64,000 nt of DNA, taken from contig NC_043004.1 in assembly GCF_006345805.1 (NCBI RefSeq), positions 44,764,001-44,828,000 of the forward strand, in the 5' to 3' direction. This DNA comes from Octopus sinensis. Taxonomy: Eukaryota. The notes beneath the pieces are model-generated. The model searched no databases. It was given only the letters and a program-made list of their open reading frames with translations, and had not been told where the DNA came from. Shown in pieces: positions 13,058-30,106 of the stretch. The position numbers and the translations under genes were made by a program. How positions within the stretch are numbered: position 1 is the first letter of the stretch; each line of letters begins with the position of its first letter.

Positions 13058-13357
13058 TTGTTGTTGTTGTTGTTTGTTCCTTCTCGAGCCATGCCTGGCT
13101 CATAAGGGCCGGTTTCCCGGTTTCTTGGCGTATAGGTTCCCCGCCTGGACGGGACGCCAGTCCGTCGCAGGTGAGCTGCAAGATGTGGGAGGAAAGAGTG
13201 AGAGAAAGTTGTGGCGAAAGAATCAGCAGAAGTTTTGCCATTACCTTCTGCCGGAGCCGCGTGGAGCTTAGGTGTTTCGCTCATAAACACACACATCACC
13301 CGGTCTGAGATTCGAACCCGCGAGTCCGCTGCTCTAACCACTAGGCCATGTGCCTCC
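13058..13357 (-). mobile_element. tRNA-derived SINE family D (tail X) ending in (AAC)n
   Basis: GGAGGCACATGGCCTAGTGGTTAGAGC A-box, GTTCGAATC B-box, GAGCGAAACACCTAAGCTCCACG body. Homologous to 38515-38818. Confidence 0.9.
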
Positions 13358-13365
13358 AATGTGTT

Positions 13366-13485
13366 ACGCTTACTACACCTAAGTTTCTCAAGCGGTCACC
13401 CATCTAAGTACTGACTCGGCTCGAGGCTGCTTAACTTCGGTGATCGGACGAGAACCGATGCTTTCAACGTTATATGGCCGTAAGC
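13366..13485 (-). rRNA. Full-length (120 nt) 5S rRNA copy, probably a retropseudogene
   Basis: GCTTACGGCCATATAACGTTGAAAGCATCGGTTCTCGTCCGATCACCGAAGTTAAGCAGCCTCGAGCCGAGTCAGTACTTAGATGGGTGACCGC...GTAAGC. Helix I ends pair, A- and C-box motifs are recognisable, the 3' half is diverged, and there is no oligo-T terminator. Confidence 0.92.
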
Positions 13486-14278
13486 ATTCTTTGGGATACC
13501 ATGAATGCTGATTTCCCTTTTCAAATTATTTATCAATCTATGCACATATGATCACGTCAACGGTGTCATCTGAATAAAAACTTGTCGCCTTCCGTGGATG
13601 TCGAACTACAAGCAACCTTTTTTTGTAAAGAACTGAATGATGGCACATTGCTTGTACTTGGAATTCATTATCTGCAATGAATACGGACAGGAGGGCAAGT
13701 TACTATACAGTAAAACTTACTCTTCCAGCATGAGCAACTTCAATAACCTATGTCTATTCATAAAAAACTAAGCCAACTTTTGAATTACAATTGTGTATAT
13801 GTATAAATCACAGTATGCATGTATGCACAAATATATATATGTGTGTGTGTGTGCGTGTGTATGTGTATGCGTGCACGCGTGTATGTAGTATAACTACACA
13901 AGCCTAATACATATGTACAATCATATGGAGAAGCTATAAATTATGCTGGTGATAACATTTCATCTTTGCTTCGCACTGAACACGACTTCGACATTCTGAC
14001 TAGTATGACGTAACATTAGAGGTACATTTCTAAATGTCGATGTTATGTGATACTATACGCGAGCAGAAACACACACGCACACACACACACACATACACAC
14101 ACATACACACATGCACACACACACGCACATGCACGCACACACACACAACACACGCGCACACACACCAGGAGATGCTTAGATAAAAACAGACAGATAGATA
14201 GATAGACTGACAGACAGACAGGCAAACAGACAGACAAGTAGACAGACGTATGGAGGCAGGGAGAGGTATATAGAGATG

Positions 14279-14350
<72 letters not shown>

Positions 14351-14392
14351 AGTAGACAGGCGTATGGAGGCAGGGAGAGGTATATAGCGATG

Positions 14393-14438
<46 letters not shown>

Positions 14439-14439
14439 C

Positions 14440-14509
<70 letters not shown>

Positions 14510-14784
14510 GCTTAGACGTAACCAAATGGTGATGACAAGTTCGAACAAATTCAAACCCAGGCAAGTCTTATGGACGCCGTCTACATAAACATTAAAAAAA
14601 AAATTGTATATGAAAATGAAAACAAAACCCAATTCCGATAAGCAGAGCATTATAACTGATATTCACAAATGCTCACACCTGTTTTTATTTCGATTCATAG
14701 ATTAGAGCGTTCGCTACCATACGATGGGTGGCTTTGGAAGTACACTTTTACCATAATACGTGATACCAGGAATTATGGCGTCTT

Positions 14785-15300
<516 letters not shown>

Positions 15301-15784
15301 GCTTCAAAAGAATGATATGGGTTACTTTAAAATAAAATTACGAGATATGAAAACAATTTCTCATTTGTATAACTCATCCCGTAACTAGCCTATCATTTAA
15401 TCCCTCTCATTCCTCACATCACCCTCCTTCTCTTTCTCTCCCTCCAACTCCTTTTCTTCCTTTCTATGTTTTATTTCTCTCTCACTGCTTGTGCAGCGTT
15501 TCTTTACTCATTGCCTGACATCCAGCCTAGTATGTGCATTTATCCTGCACTTCATACGTTAACTATCTCCCTTTAACTGTCTCTCCCCATCTCTCTACAC
15601 GATGTATCTACCAACCAATCAACCAACCAACGTTATTTATATCACTTATTATTTACAGACTTTTTTTCAGCATCATCGCCACCAGCATCACTTATATTAA
15701 TGCATTTCATACACCTTACCAACCTCTATGCATTTTGTTGTCATCAGTACCTGTGTGAATTTGTGTAAGTAAATGTGTGTTTAA

Positions 15785-16335
15785 CAGTTTCCTACCACCA
15801 AATTCATTCACACGGCATTGGTCAGTCTGGGTGCTCATGTAGATAACACTTGCCAAATGTGCCACGGAATGGCACTGAGCCCGAAATTACATGCTTGCAA
15901 AACAAACTTCTTAACCACACAGCCAGGAGTGGCTGTGTGGTAAGTAGCTTGTTTACCAGCCACATGGTTCCGGGTTCAGTCCCACTGCGTGGCACATTGG
16001 GCAAGTGTCTTCTACTATAGCCTCGGGCCGACCAAAGCCTTGTGAGTGGATTTGGTAGACGGAAACTGAAAGAAGCCCGTCGTATATATGTATATATATG
16101 TATGTGTGTGTGTATTTGTGTGTCTGTCTTTGTCCCCCTAGCATTGCTTGACAACCGATGCTGGTGTGTTTATGTCCCCGTTACTTAGAGGTTCGGCAAA
16201 AGAGACTGATAGAATAAGTACTGGGCTTACAAACGTATTGGGCTTACAGAAGAATAAGTCCCGGGGTCGAGTTGCTCGATTAAAGGCGGTGCTCCAGCAT
16301 GGCCACAGTCAAATGACTGAAACAAGTAAAAGAAA
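15785..16335. mobile_element. Head-to-head SINE B pair: old minus head (15785-15924) abutting a full plus copy (15926-16335)
   Basis: ...CTTAACCACACAGCC|AGGAGTGGCTGTGTGGTAAG... Confidence 0.85.
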
Positions 16336-16899
16336 ATAAAGAGAATTTGAGTTTGCTTGGATTGTTATTCTTAAACCGATTTCATTATTTGTGACTGTAT
16401 TTTAGTTCCGATGTTTCATATTTCACAAGGCGCCGTTGTTCTCGTCGGAGTGCGACTTTTAAAAATGCAAGCGGTTCTTCATATCCCCCTTAATAGCAAT
16501 TTTCACTTTATAATTTCAATTAAAAGTATAAAATTAACTTTTAGAACAAATTTCTTGCAAGTGTTAACAGACAAGTCTAGAATCAAAAGGAGGTTTTCTT
16601 CATCTCATCTGGAAAACACAGGAGATCAACTAAATTAGATTAAAAATTCTTAATCTTTTCTTCTACTTAATGTTTTACAAAAATTAATGATTTTGCATGT
16701 GTAGGAGGCAAATGGCAGTTGTTAGATACGTTAGCTGTGGCACTTCTACTTGAAGAAATACACGATGACAAACACCGATGTCCCACGGTCTGTAGCTCTA
16801 ATAAATCTGGTGTGTTATGAACACAGGCATCGTAAAGAAGCTGTTCTTGTTTGACGAACGTCGATTAGCATATTTGCGTTCGAATCTGCCAGAACGTAT

Positions 16900-17512
16900 T
16901 GGTTTCAAATTTTGGCACAGGGCCAGTAAAGATCGGATGGGTTTGGGGTTAAGTCGATTACATCGACGCTAATATTCAAGTGGTTCTTATTTTATCCACT
17001 CCCAACGGACGAGAGGAAGAGACGACATCAGCGGAATTTGAACTAAGAACGTAAAGACGGCACAAATACCTCTAAGCATTTGCCTGACATGCTAACGATT
17101 CTCCTCGCCTTAATCTTCCGAAACATATTGCTTTCAAATTTTGGCACGAAGCCAGCAATTTCGGGGAGAGCTTAAGTTGATTACATCGACCCCAGTATTC
17201 GACTGGTTCTTATTTTATCGACCCCGAAAGATTAAAAATCAACTTCGGCGTAATTTAAACTCGGAACGTAAAGACGGACAAAATACCTATTTCTTTACTA
17301 CCCACAAGGGGCTAAACACAGAGAGGATAAACAAGGACAGACAAACGGATTAAGTCGATTATATCGACCCCACTGCGTAACTGGTACTTATTTAATCGAC
17401 CCCGAAAGAATGAAAAGCAAAGTCGACCTCGGCGGAATTTGAACTCAGAACGTAGCGGCAGACGAAATACCGCTAAGCATTTTGCCCAATGTGGTAACGA
17501 TTCTCCCAACTC
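16900..17512 (-). mobile_element. Cluster of three SINE A copies of different ages
   Basis: Repeated family A motifs; the youngest copy is 17288-17512. Confidence 0.8.
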
Positions 17513-17629
17513 GCATAATCTACCAGAACATATTAAACATTGATATGCGTGTGAACTTGTAAATCTCACTGTTCACCGTTCAAATAACGATTTATTTTCT
17601 TATAAATCTTTATGTGCATTTGTGTCGAG

Positions 17630-19240
<1,611 letters not shown>

Positions 19241-19685
19241 CAGACAGACAGACAGACAGTCAGATAGATTTATACATTTCGTAGCATTTATACATAGGTC
19301 ATTCAAAATGCTGATGTTGGTAGACTAATTCTTACTTTATAGTAACTTGCTAAGATATTTAGATTTCTAAACTTCGTAGTATTTTAATAGAAAGAAAACT
19401 GCCACAGAATGGTACTTACCATGTCAAAGGATAATAGCTACCTTGTATTTGAAATAAGTTTTATAAGTAAAGTATTTTCGGCCACGAATTCCCAATTGTT
19501 ATGGAACATTTAACTGTCAGAATTTTATTTTGCTTTCGTTTCTAATGTCCCAACCTATCCCATTGAACTGGAAGTGTTTCTGATTTTCGTACGTCAAACA
19601 CTGTTTTTTATTGATGTTTCTTGTGAACACTGCATATAGGTGTATATGTACAAATATATGCAAATGTACACTCATATATATATAC

Positions 19686-19793
<108 letters not shown>

Positions 19794-20620
19794 TTATACA
19801 TATATAGTCATACACACATACCTATATATATCTGCATCTGTATATATGTATGAATGTATGTATGTATTTATTAATCTATGCATGCGTGTGCGCGTGTGTG
19901 TGTGTGAGTGTGTGTACAGTAAGTACTGAGGACATAAATAAATATGTGCACATTTATTTTTAACACACTTCTCTACATCAGAATGTGAAAGAAAAGAACA
20001 GCTGGATTTTGCCTCAGAGAAATGGCTTTCTCTCTATAGCTTTGGTGTACGAATCCGCATCGAGGCATGTTCTAAGTGAAGCAAGCAGACGACTGGACAT
20101 GATGTTTTGGTGTGATTTCGTTCTTCAGTGAGGGATACTACTTCGATCATTTGGGACTAACCTGGAACTTTTATTCCTATATATAGAACGCAGCATACAC
20201 TACCTTAAGACTTACCAAGCTGCAATTCATTTAATATAAACGTGTGAATAGCGAGGAACAAGGCGAAAATGTGTGCATGTGTTTTCCATATGCTGCTCCT
20301 GTACAGCTTTGTTACCCTCAGCGCATAGTAGAATATGTAATGTGCTGTATTTTATACATCCGGTGAACAGACTAAATTTTACCGAGAATATTTACTTTCT
20401 CTCTTTAGGAATCGAGAAACATATGTACACAGATACATACATACATTCATATATATATGTACGTATGTATGAATGTATGTATGTATGTATATATGTGTAT
20501 ACCACTGCTCCTTTATTGGTAGCATCAATAATAGAGGTACTCTCCGTATAGAGATTTTAGCATTTATCTTTTATACGAGGGCTTTATATACATACATACA
20601 TACATACATATACATGTATA

Positions 20621-20676
<56 letters not shown>

Positions 20677-20743
20677 ATATATACATATATATACATACAT
20701 ATATATATATATGTGTGTGTGTATGAATGCATATATATACATA

Positions 20744-20786
<43 letters not shown>

Positions 20787-21031
20787 TATCAAAAGCATTT
20801 GACCCAGACAGACTGCTTTTTATAACTTTTAAAAAGCGATGAATAGCATTTTGTCGAAACATGCGCTTTGTTCTCTTACTTTATTATCATTTTATAATCA
20901 TCTCATAATGACTTTTATAACTTTTATTACTACCTCAGTCCATCTAAATGTATATATTTATCGTTACCTGTCATAAAAAGCCTTTTTATATTTGCAATGT
21001 GCAATTTTGTTGATTTTCATATTTTACCCCT

Positions 21032-21193
<162 letters not shown>

Positions 21194-21291
21194 ACATATA
21201 TGTATATATATACATATATATATATATACACATACATATATATATATGTGTGTGTGTATGAATGCATATATATATATATAATATATATATA

Positions 21292-21850
21292 TCAAAAGCA
21301 TTTGACCAGACTGCGTTCTTCCAACTGTTAAAAATGGAGGAGTATCTGTAATGATTGGGGGTGGAGGAATGCTATAACTTGGAAATCCGCCGGCCCAATG
21401 GTTTCCCTTCATGGCAGAATTAATAGTCAAGTCTATTTAAGCATTTTATCTGATAAAATTCATCTTATAGTTGCGGAACGGTTTCCGGAGGGAAGCGCAA
21501 TCTTTCAGAATGATAATACACCAATTCACAGAGCTAAACTTGTTACTGAATGGCGTGACGAAAATTCTAGTGACGCTGAATATCTTATCTGGCCACAGTA
21601 GTCCCCAGATCTCAATATTATTGAACGTTTATGGCGTATTTTAGAAAAGCAAGTAAGGAGTCGATGTCGTCCACCATCATCACTAGAAGAACTGGAGACT
21701 GTCTTAGATGAATATTGGACAAAAATTCCTTTGGAAACAATTCAAACTTTGTACGAGTCTATGCCTCGTAGAATTCAACCTGTAATTACTGCCAATATAT
21801 TAAAATAAATTTGTTTGAAATTTGAAGGTGTTTCCATTATTTTGATAAAT
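21292..21850 (+). mobile_element. Tc1-type transposase 3' half, pseudogenised
   Basis: PTVKNGG.SVM; IFQNDNTPIHRAK; WPQ*SPDLNIIERLWRILE; LYESMPRRI. TIR-like GGTGTTTCCATTATTTTG near 21827. Confidence 0.9.
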
Positions 21851-22135
21851 TCCAACTCTGTTATTTATGTTTTACTTATATTCTTTATAATATTAATGTA
21901 GAATATAGAATATATAGTATAAATAATATATATAGTGTGAAATGAAATGAAATATTGATTGGCTTATTGAATAGATGAAATATTGAATATAAAATAATAA
22001 GGGACCAGTATACTTTCTTGCAATAAAGCAGTCTTCAAGGTCCCAGGTTGTGACAGGAGTGTTTCAACTGTCCACGAGACAAAACTCCACTGCGGGGAAA
22101 TTCAGAGTGTCTCGGTGACCCAAAGGGTCGTCTAG

Positions 22136-22244
<109 letters not shown>

Positions 22245-22592
22245 TACACACACATTAGTTACGAATGGTGTATGGGAAATCCGGGCTACATATGTTTCAT
22301 AGCGATTGGAAACTTCTGTCTCCATAAACCACTATTGTTCCTGAAAGTTATTTCTTTTATATTCAATATGGATAACTCGAAGCTAACTGTCTTCCTACAC
22401 CTCGATCGCTGGATCTTACATATATATATATGTGTGTTTGTGTATACATATACGTATCCACATATGATCATATCAAAGGGAAATGGAATTTAATTTAAAT
22501 TAAATACATTCAATTAAAATTTACATTTCCAGTGGTCTAACGCATAAAACAATTTTAGTCAAAAAGACTATGTTTTGCCATACGATACAGTG

Positions 22593-22828
22593 CATATTTA
22601 AACACATAGAGAATCCCCTTATAGGGATTCAACGCGCAAGAAAGAACAGCTAAGTTCTATAACCACAAAAAATTCGGGATAAAATTCGACAGGAATAAAT
22701 TAAATGTTTTTCATTTCCAAATTTATTCCTGTTGAATATTATCCCGAATTTTTTGTGGTTATAGAGCTTAGCTGTTCTTTCTAGCGCGTAGAATCTCTAT
22801 AAGTTGATTCTCTATGTGTTTAAATATG
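22593..22828. mobile_element. Near-perfect 236-bp palindrome (MITE-like)
   Basis: CATATTTAAACACATAGAGAATC...AGGAATAAAT, a spacer of about 20 nt, then ATTTATTCCT...GATTCTCTATGTGTTTAAATATG. Confidence 0.9.
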
Positions 22829-22862
22829 TACTATATCGTATCCACATATGTATAGATAGAAT

Positions 22863-22940
<78 letters not shown>

Positions 22941-23039
22941 CAGATAGATAGTGATATAAGTATATATCAGAGGGTATATGTATGTATGTATGTGTGTGTG
23001 TGTAAGCATGTAAGCATGTATTACGTAATTATACTAGAG

Positions 23040-23480
23040 ATGAACGCCTTTTTTTCAGCAATTTATGTGAAAATCTTTCCTTTCACACCCTCACTTTCTT
23101 CAGAAATCAAAATATCATAGAATGCATTAATATTATTCCGTTGGTGAAGAATCTGATTTATGCCTTGACTATTCTCTGTTTATGAGCTCAACACATGTTT
23201 TATATTTTTATGATTCGTCTCCCTTGTGGTCGTTATATTAAGTATAGTTAGTTCAGAGAATTTATAGAAATTATGGAGAAAACATCATAGAACATATTTC
23301 TGTAAAAATAGATCTTTTACGAAGAAATATTTGACTTGAAATTTCGGGGTTAAAAAGCGAGTCGTTATGATGAGTTTGGCTTTTATGTTGAAATCTCTGC
23401 GAAGCTCTATATTATATATTCTGTGTTTTTTGAATGGCGTTATGGATAAGATGCTCGTTTGGCAACCAAGTGGTTTAGTG
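23040..23480 (-). mobile_element. Highly decayed Penelope-like GIY-YIG-region fragment
   Basis: Minus translation FNIKAKLIITT...KYFFVKD...YKFS...FYDILISEESE..KIF resembles PLE C-terminal motifs. Confidence 0.4.
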
Positions 23481-23724
23481 GGGATGCGGTTAGTCTCGTT
23501 GTGTGGTTACTTGATAAATCTTTTCTTGCTTTATGCCGACCTCTGTCTTATGAGTCAATTTGTTAGGTGAAAACTATGCGGAATCCCTTCGTGTGGAGGA
23601 GGGGTGCGTGTATGTTTATATGTGTGTATATGTGTGTGAATGTGTGTGTGTGACAGTGTTTGTGTCTGCATATGAGTATGTATGTATATATCTGTCTATG
23701 TACGGATGTGTGTACGTATGTATG

Positions 23725-23755
<31 letters not shown>

Positions 23756-24431
23756 TCGTGCAACTCTTTGTGTTTATTTATCACCAATTCACAACTGGTA
23801 TTAACTTGTTTACGTCCCCAGGACCTAATTGTTCAACAAAAAGCGTGCGATTGAATAAGTACTGCATTTCAGATTAGTACTGCCCTCGACCAAAGCATTC
23901 AATGCGATGCTCCAGCATGGCCGCAGTCCATTGTCTGAAACAAGTAAAAGAATCTAAAATAAAGTATAAATATGTTAAGAGTGAAAAGACATAGTGCTAA
24001 CAAAGTTTGTTACAGATGTACTGTTCTTTCAGTATTCACTGAAATGTGCTATACTACCGTGGATAGATAGTAAGAGCTCTTTGGATAGCTCGGCAAATTG
24101 GGCCGCTGTAATTTAGGTCCTAGGCTTCGTACACATTTTTTGTTTTGAAATAGGAACTGCCCATCATTTTCAGTGTATGAATTCCGCCACTTGGGATTCA
24201 CGATAATACGAAAGAGTTGAACACGAGATAAATAGATGTGAAATTCCGTGACACTACAAGGACATTTTTGTGTGATCGGTACCACCTGCTCAGAGTGTAT
24301 TTTAAACTATGGACCGAAATCTGCTGTCATAGAACAAACGGTCGACTCTTACGATCAAGTTCAATTGATCCAATCTAGTCAGTGTCCTACTATAAAACCA
24401 GATATAAACACGACTGTTTATGTAGAAACAC

Positions 24432-24775
24432 GTAGAATCACGCCGTGGTGATCTCATTCTCGCTCACAACATCATAAGCGGAAAGTGTAACATCTCGAAA
24501 GAGCTGTTTTTCACTTCTGCTCCAGAGCGTGGGCTGCGGGGTCACTCCGAAAAGCTCTATCTACGACGATTTCATCTCAATCGAAGGGGAGGGGCTTTCT
24601 CCGTCCTGATTGCGATCCGTGGAATAAGCTGCCGGACGAGATAGTGAAGATGCCGACGACCGCTCGGTTTAAAGTCTCTCTTGGACCAGAAATGGCCTGT
24701 GACTCTTTGTATGACCATCCTCCCTGTACATAACTCCCTGTCCCCCTACATGGCCGAGCCAATAAAAATTGAATT
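24432..24775 (+). mobile_element. CR1/L2-group LINE 3' end
   Basis: Frameshifted translation (RR)...GDLILAHNIISGKC...GLRGHSEKLYLRRFHLNR.G.AFS...PWNKLPDEIVKMPTTARFKVSLD, then a short UTR and AATAAA. Confidence 0.85.
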
Positions 24776-26102
24776 GAGGTTTTCGTGAAGAAAGTTGTTC
24801 GGGATTATGTATTTATGCAAGACCGACGAAATGGTCTGAAACAAACACTAACTTCTTTACGAGCTATGATATCTAACATTGCTTTCTGCATAGTTATCTG
24901 CCTAAATTATTTTGCAAAGTCTTCTTTGTTCATATCCTCCTTTAGATGCTGCACGACGTCTTTCCTCAACCCTTTCTTATCAGAAAGATCTGATATTCTG
25001 CTGTGTCTGGGGAGAGTCATTCTCTTTTATTACCTTATTATTTAACACACTCACCCGTAAAATTTCCACTTATTTCTTATTTTTATTTTCTAAAATTTTC
25101 GTTGCACCTTGCAACCTTTTCAATAGTATTGAGTGTGTTAAATAATAAGGCACTAAAAGAGAATGACTTTCCCCAGACACAACAGAATATGCTTCAACAC
25201 ACGATCTCATATAAAGAATCTTGCAAACCAAATCCAAAAACGAAATAAGCTCTGATATGTTTTCTTTTTATTACTGAACACGTAGGACTTGGGCTTTCTA
25301 CGTCACACTACTAAGCTAACCGCTTTTAAAACTAAACCCACGATAAGGTTTACTTCGAAACAGCCCCATAGTCTTCATTAATATGCAGTTTTCATTGATC
25401 TATTGCGACAATCGACTAAATATTAATCAGTTCACTCGCAGTTGTACTACTTCCCAATACAGTTTTGCGAAAGCCACCATAACGCACGAGCCTGCATTGT
25501 TGCTCACATTCCTGACGTGACTAACATTTATTCGCCCAATATTCTGTGATACGAACCCACTACTCTATGTATACTGCTTGAGTCTTGACTAATTTTTACG
25601 TCCTCTTCGCATTGTCCCTCTGATGCACTGATTCATTTAACGGATCTGACAACTGGCCTCTTATATGCTGGGGTTGTTGCAAAATATTCCTTCCGAAGAA
25701 TATAATACTCTTCTTCCCAAGGAAAAAAAAGCGGTAAGTCACAATTATCTTTGCTCTACCCTTTATGAATTCTTAGGGCAAAGACGTATCATATCCAATG
25801 GTTCCGCTTTTTCAGAAATGGCTTGATGGTCAAGTCTTCCAAGTTCGGCAGCAACAATGACAAAGATTGTTGCTATTGCTTTGTTCTGTTGTTGTAGTCA
25901 ATATCGGCACCGCTTGCAGATTGTAATTATTTGAACTTGATAGTATTCGTAATTAATTTTTAATTTAATAGCCAAAAATGTATTAATGTTACTCTCCACA
26001 TTATGTGAATCAGACTTTTCTTTAAAAAAAACTTTCTAAATTCATTAGGGAAGAGCGCATCTATTGCATTACATTTTAGGAATGCTATCACCATCATCGG
26101 TG

Positions 26103-26141
<39 letters not shown>

Positions 26142-26143
26142 GT

Positions 26144-26176
<33 letters not shown>

Positions 26177-26906
26177 TACAGTCACTACCACCACTATCAC
26201 CACCGCTACTGTTACTACTACCACGAATACTAATAATAAACTTCCTTATAATTGCTAGCACAAGGCTGATGGTGGTGGTGGAGTCGGATTCAGAACTAGC
26301 TATGTTTACAAGAAAAATCTGCCAATGTCTTACCGGGAAATCAAAAGGAAAAAAAAAACACGTCAGAACCAAACCAATACAACCACCCTTAAGAGAAGAA
26401 GGAAATGAAAGTTTAAATTTCTCACACTCCCGTTTCCCCAAACAATCCACAAACATAAAAAGTAAAAAAATGCGAACAGCACACACCTCAGAAAATAAAT
26501 CCAATTTTTAAAACGTAAAACCGAGGGCGATGTTCTTGTATAGTTTGACGGCTGCACAAATTATACTTCTGGTGATCCTCTTGATGCTGCTTCAGGTATT
26601 TCGGTTATTACTGCATTGCCTCTAAGAAAAAACATTCAGGAACTTGTGCTGCAACCAAGTATGTGTGCATGTATATATACATATACCTACATATGTATAA
26701 ATGTATTTATAATATATATATATATATATATATATGATATATATAATATATATATATATATATATAGTATATATATATATTGATATATATATTTATAATA
26801 AGAGTAGATCGTATACGAGTGGGTATATATTTGTAAAAATGAAGTTTGAAAACGCCACTATATTAGATAAATTTTAATTTTCTTATGAATTTTACATGTT
26901 TCGGTT

Positions 26907-27106
26907 CTTGAAAAAACGAACCTTATCAAAAATATTATAAAAAGTGTAATGGAGAAGAAAAGTGTAATGGAGAAGTTCATAATCGTTTCTTACTGGTCTC
27001 AATAGAATCCATGTCCTTGAAAAAACGAACCTTATCAAAAATATTATACAAAGTGAAAATTGAAAAGTTCATAATCGTTTCTTACTGTTCTCAATAGAAT
27101 CCATGT
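26907..27106 (+). repeat. Two-copy tandem duplication, unit about 100 bp
   Basis: CTTGAAAAAACGAACCTTATCAAAAATATTATA...AATAGAATCCATGT at 26907 and 27016. Confidence 0.9.
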
Positions 27107-27639
27107 GGTGGTGTTTTTTCTGTAGTTGGTATAATCGCTATATTAAGTGTATTGAAGAAGTCCATTATTGTTTCTTGCTGGTATTAAAAGGAACCGCTTT
27201 TTTGTTACCTTGTGTTCCAATGGTAGCAACAGTAGTGATTGTTGGTCGTAGTAGTTGGTCGTAATTTTGGCAACCTTGGTGGTGGTTGGGGTTAGTAGTA
27301 GAGGACTGTTGATTGTAGCAGCAAAAGTGGTGGGTTCACTGGCACTGTCCACTGACTTCACATAATTCCAAACCAATCAAAACCAACTTCAACGAATACA
27401 AGGTAAAGACCCCCACTGTATCCTGTAAGGAAACCAACCAAGTAGATGACAAGCTTGACCACGGAAGAAAACGTCCATCAATTTTTAACGAATCAAATCA
27501 GATCAGATTTTTTTTATAAATTCATTTTTCCCTAAAACACACCACGCAAGCGGGAGTGACTGTTTAAAGATCTGAGAAATTGTAATTCCATAATTGTAAT
27601 TGTGGTAGAATTTCATTTTCCTTTCGGAAGACCAATGTT

Positions 27640-29144
27640 TTGTTTTAATATTCCTGGCCCGGGGTTGTGTTCAAACTTGGTCTAAATTTTTTGATGGAAA
27701 TAAAGTTCTTTATTTTGGCGTTGGCTGAAGGTTACGCTGTCACTGATTTGTAAAGTGGTAAGTTGTAAATTTCGGATTTTCATTTGTAGCACATCTATCT
27801 ATGTGTCCGCTGACCGGTATTTTCCGGTATTCAGGGTTTCTAATTTGGGATTTATGCACCGCCATCCTCTTTACGTAAGCTATTTTTTGTATGGCCTAAT
27901 ATACTGCCTATTGCAGCCTGCTTATGTGTAAGACGTAAAGTAAGTTTTCTGTTCTGATGCACAGTGAAGTTTGTTCTTGGTGAACTGATGGCCTTGTTCT
28001 AGTATAAATTCTGAACCTTCTACCAGATGACACAGATTCCGCAGCTGGGCCTTCCACATTTCTAACTGCTGGTTTTGTGGTTGATGTTGAGTGCAGTTTA
28101 GCTTGGGTTAAAATCCTTTTCAAGGATTTTGGTTCCCGTTTACTTTTAATGATGGTGTGTGTTTCGAGGATCCGGTTCATCTTTGGGTCTCCCTTTAGTA
28201 GGGCTGTGCTTTGTAGTATGGCGCTGAAGGCCTCATTGTTAAGTGGGTTGTGTGTAGAGATGTAGGGAAGGGTTTTTAATTGTTCTTTCGTTTTTGGTTT
28301 TGTTTATCTCAGGTCTTCTATAGTTAATTTAAGTGCCCGTTGAATTGCACTGTCTATTAGGGGCTGTGGATAATTTCTATTTATGAGTGTAGTTCTAAGT
28401 TCCTGGAGACGTGTGTGTCACGTGTTTGTGTCTGATACTATGGTGCAAATCCTTCTAGCTAAACAAAAAGGGACATGTATTCTAGTGTGTCTTGGGTGGC
28501 ATGAATCAAAGCGTACGTACTGTTTGGAGTCTGTCGGTTTATAATAGATATCTGTCTCTATTTTGTTGCCGGCTTTCTTAATGAGGATGTCTAAAAATGG
28601 TAATTCTTCTTCGTTATGATCCATCGTGAATTGTATATTATCATTTTATTCCATTTAATAGTATTTAAATTCCTCAAGTTTCTCTATACTTTTATCCCAG
28701 AGGATAAACAGTCGTCGAGGTATCTTTTCCAGTTGTTCTGGATATAAGTGGAGAAGGTGTTTCCATATTTCTCGAGTGTTATCTGATAGAGTATTTTTTC
28801 GAGGTATCCCATCACTAGGTTGGCAAAAGAAGGCGCAGTACGCGTTGCCCATCGCTGTTCCCGATCTTTTGTCTAGAAATTATTGTCAAAAATTAAGTAA
28901 TTGTTTTCTAAAATATATCTAAGTCCTTCTATTATAAGTTCTTTATTTATGCGAGTTGGGAGTTCAAAGGAGTAGTTATTTAGCCAGAAAGTGATCGCTT
29001 CTATTCCTAGGGTGTGAGGGATGTTTGAATAAAGGTTAATTACGTCGAAGGATACTAGAAGGGTTTTCTCATTGACTGTTTTAGGGAGGTGGTTAAGCAT
29101 GTCTATATCGTCTCTTACGTAGCTTTTGAGGTTAAGCATGTCTA

Positions 29145-29147
<3 letters not shown>
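27640..29147 (-). mobile_element. Penelope-like retroelement, 5'-truncated: RT plus GIY-YIG endonuclease, frameshifted
   Basis: LVSFDVINLYSNIP; GTAMG; LPFLDILIKK; DIYYKPTDSKQYVRFDSCHP; KSKREPKSLKRILT; YVLT...MAVHKSQIRNPEYRKIPVSGHID. Confidence 0.92.
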
Positions 29148-30020
<873 letters not shown>

Positions 30021-30061
30021 TTCTAAAATCTTTATTACCCTGATATTATAATTATATATAG

Positions 30062-30106
<45 letters not shown>

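Noticed and set aside
13360-13490. Functional 5S rDNA array unit
   Set aside because: Single copy, no T-run terminator, diverged 3' half, and embedded in a transposon with a flanking duplication.
22280-22310. Half hammerhead GAAACATATGTA on the minus strand
   Set aside because: Palindromic stem III is present, but there is no upstream CUGANGA or stem II.
25560-26070. Possible hAT dimerisation-domain remnant (STLCESDFS)
   Set aside because: One short motif only; surrounding frames are not alignable by eye.
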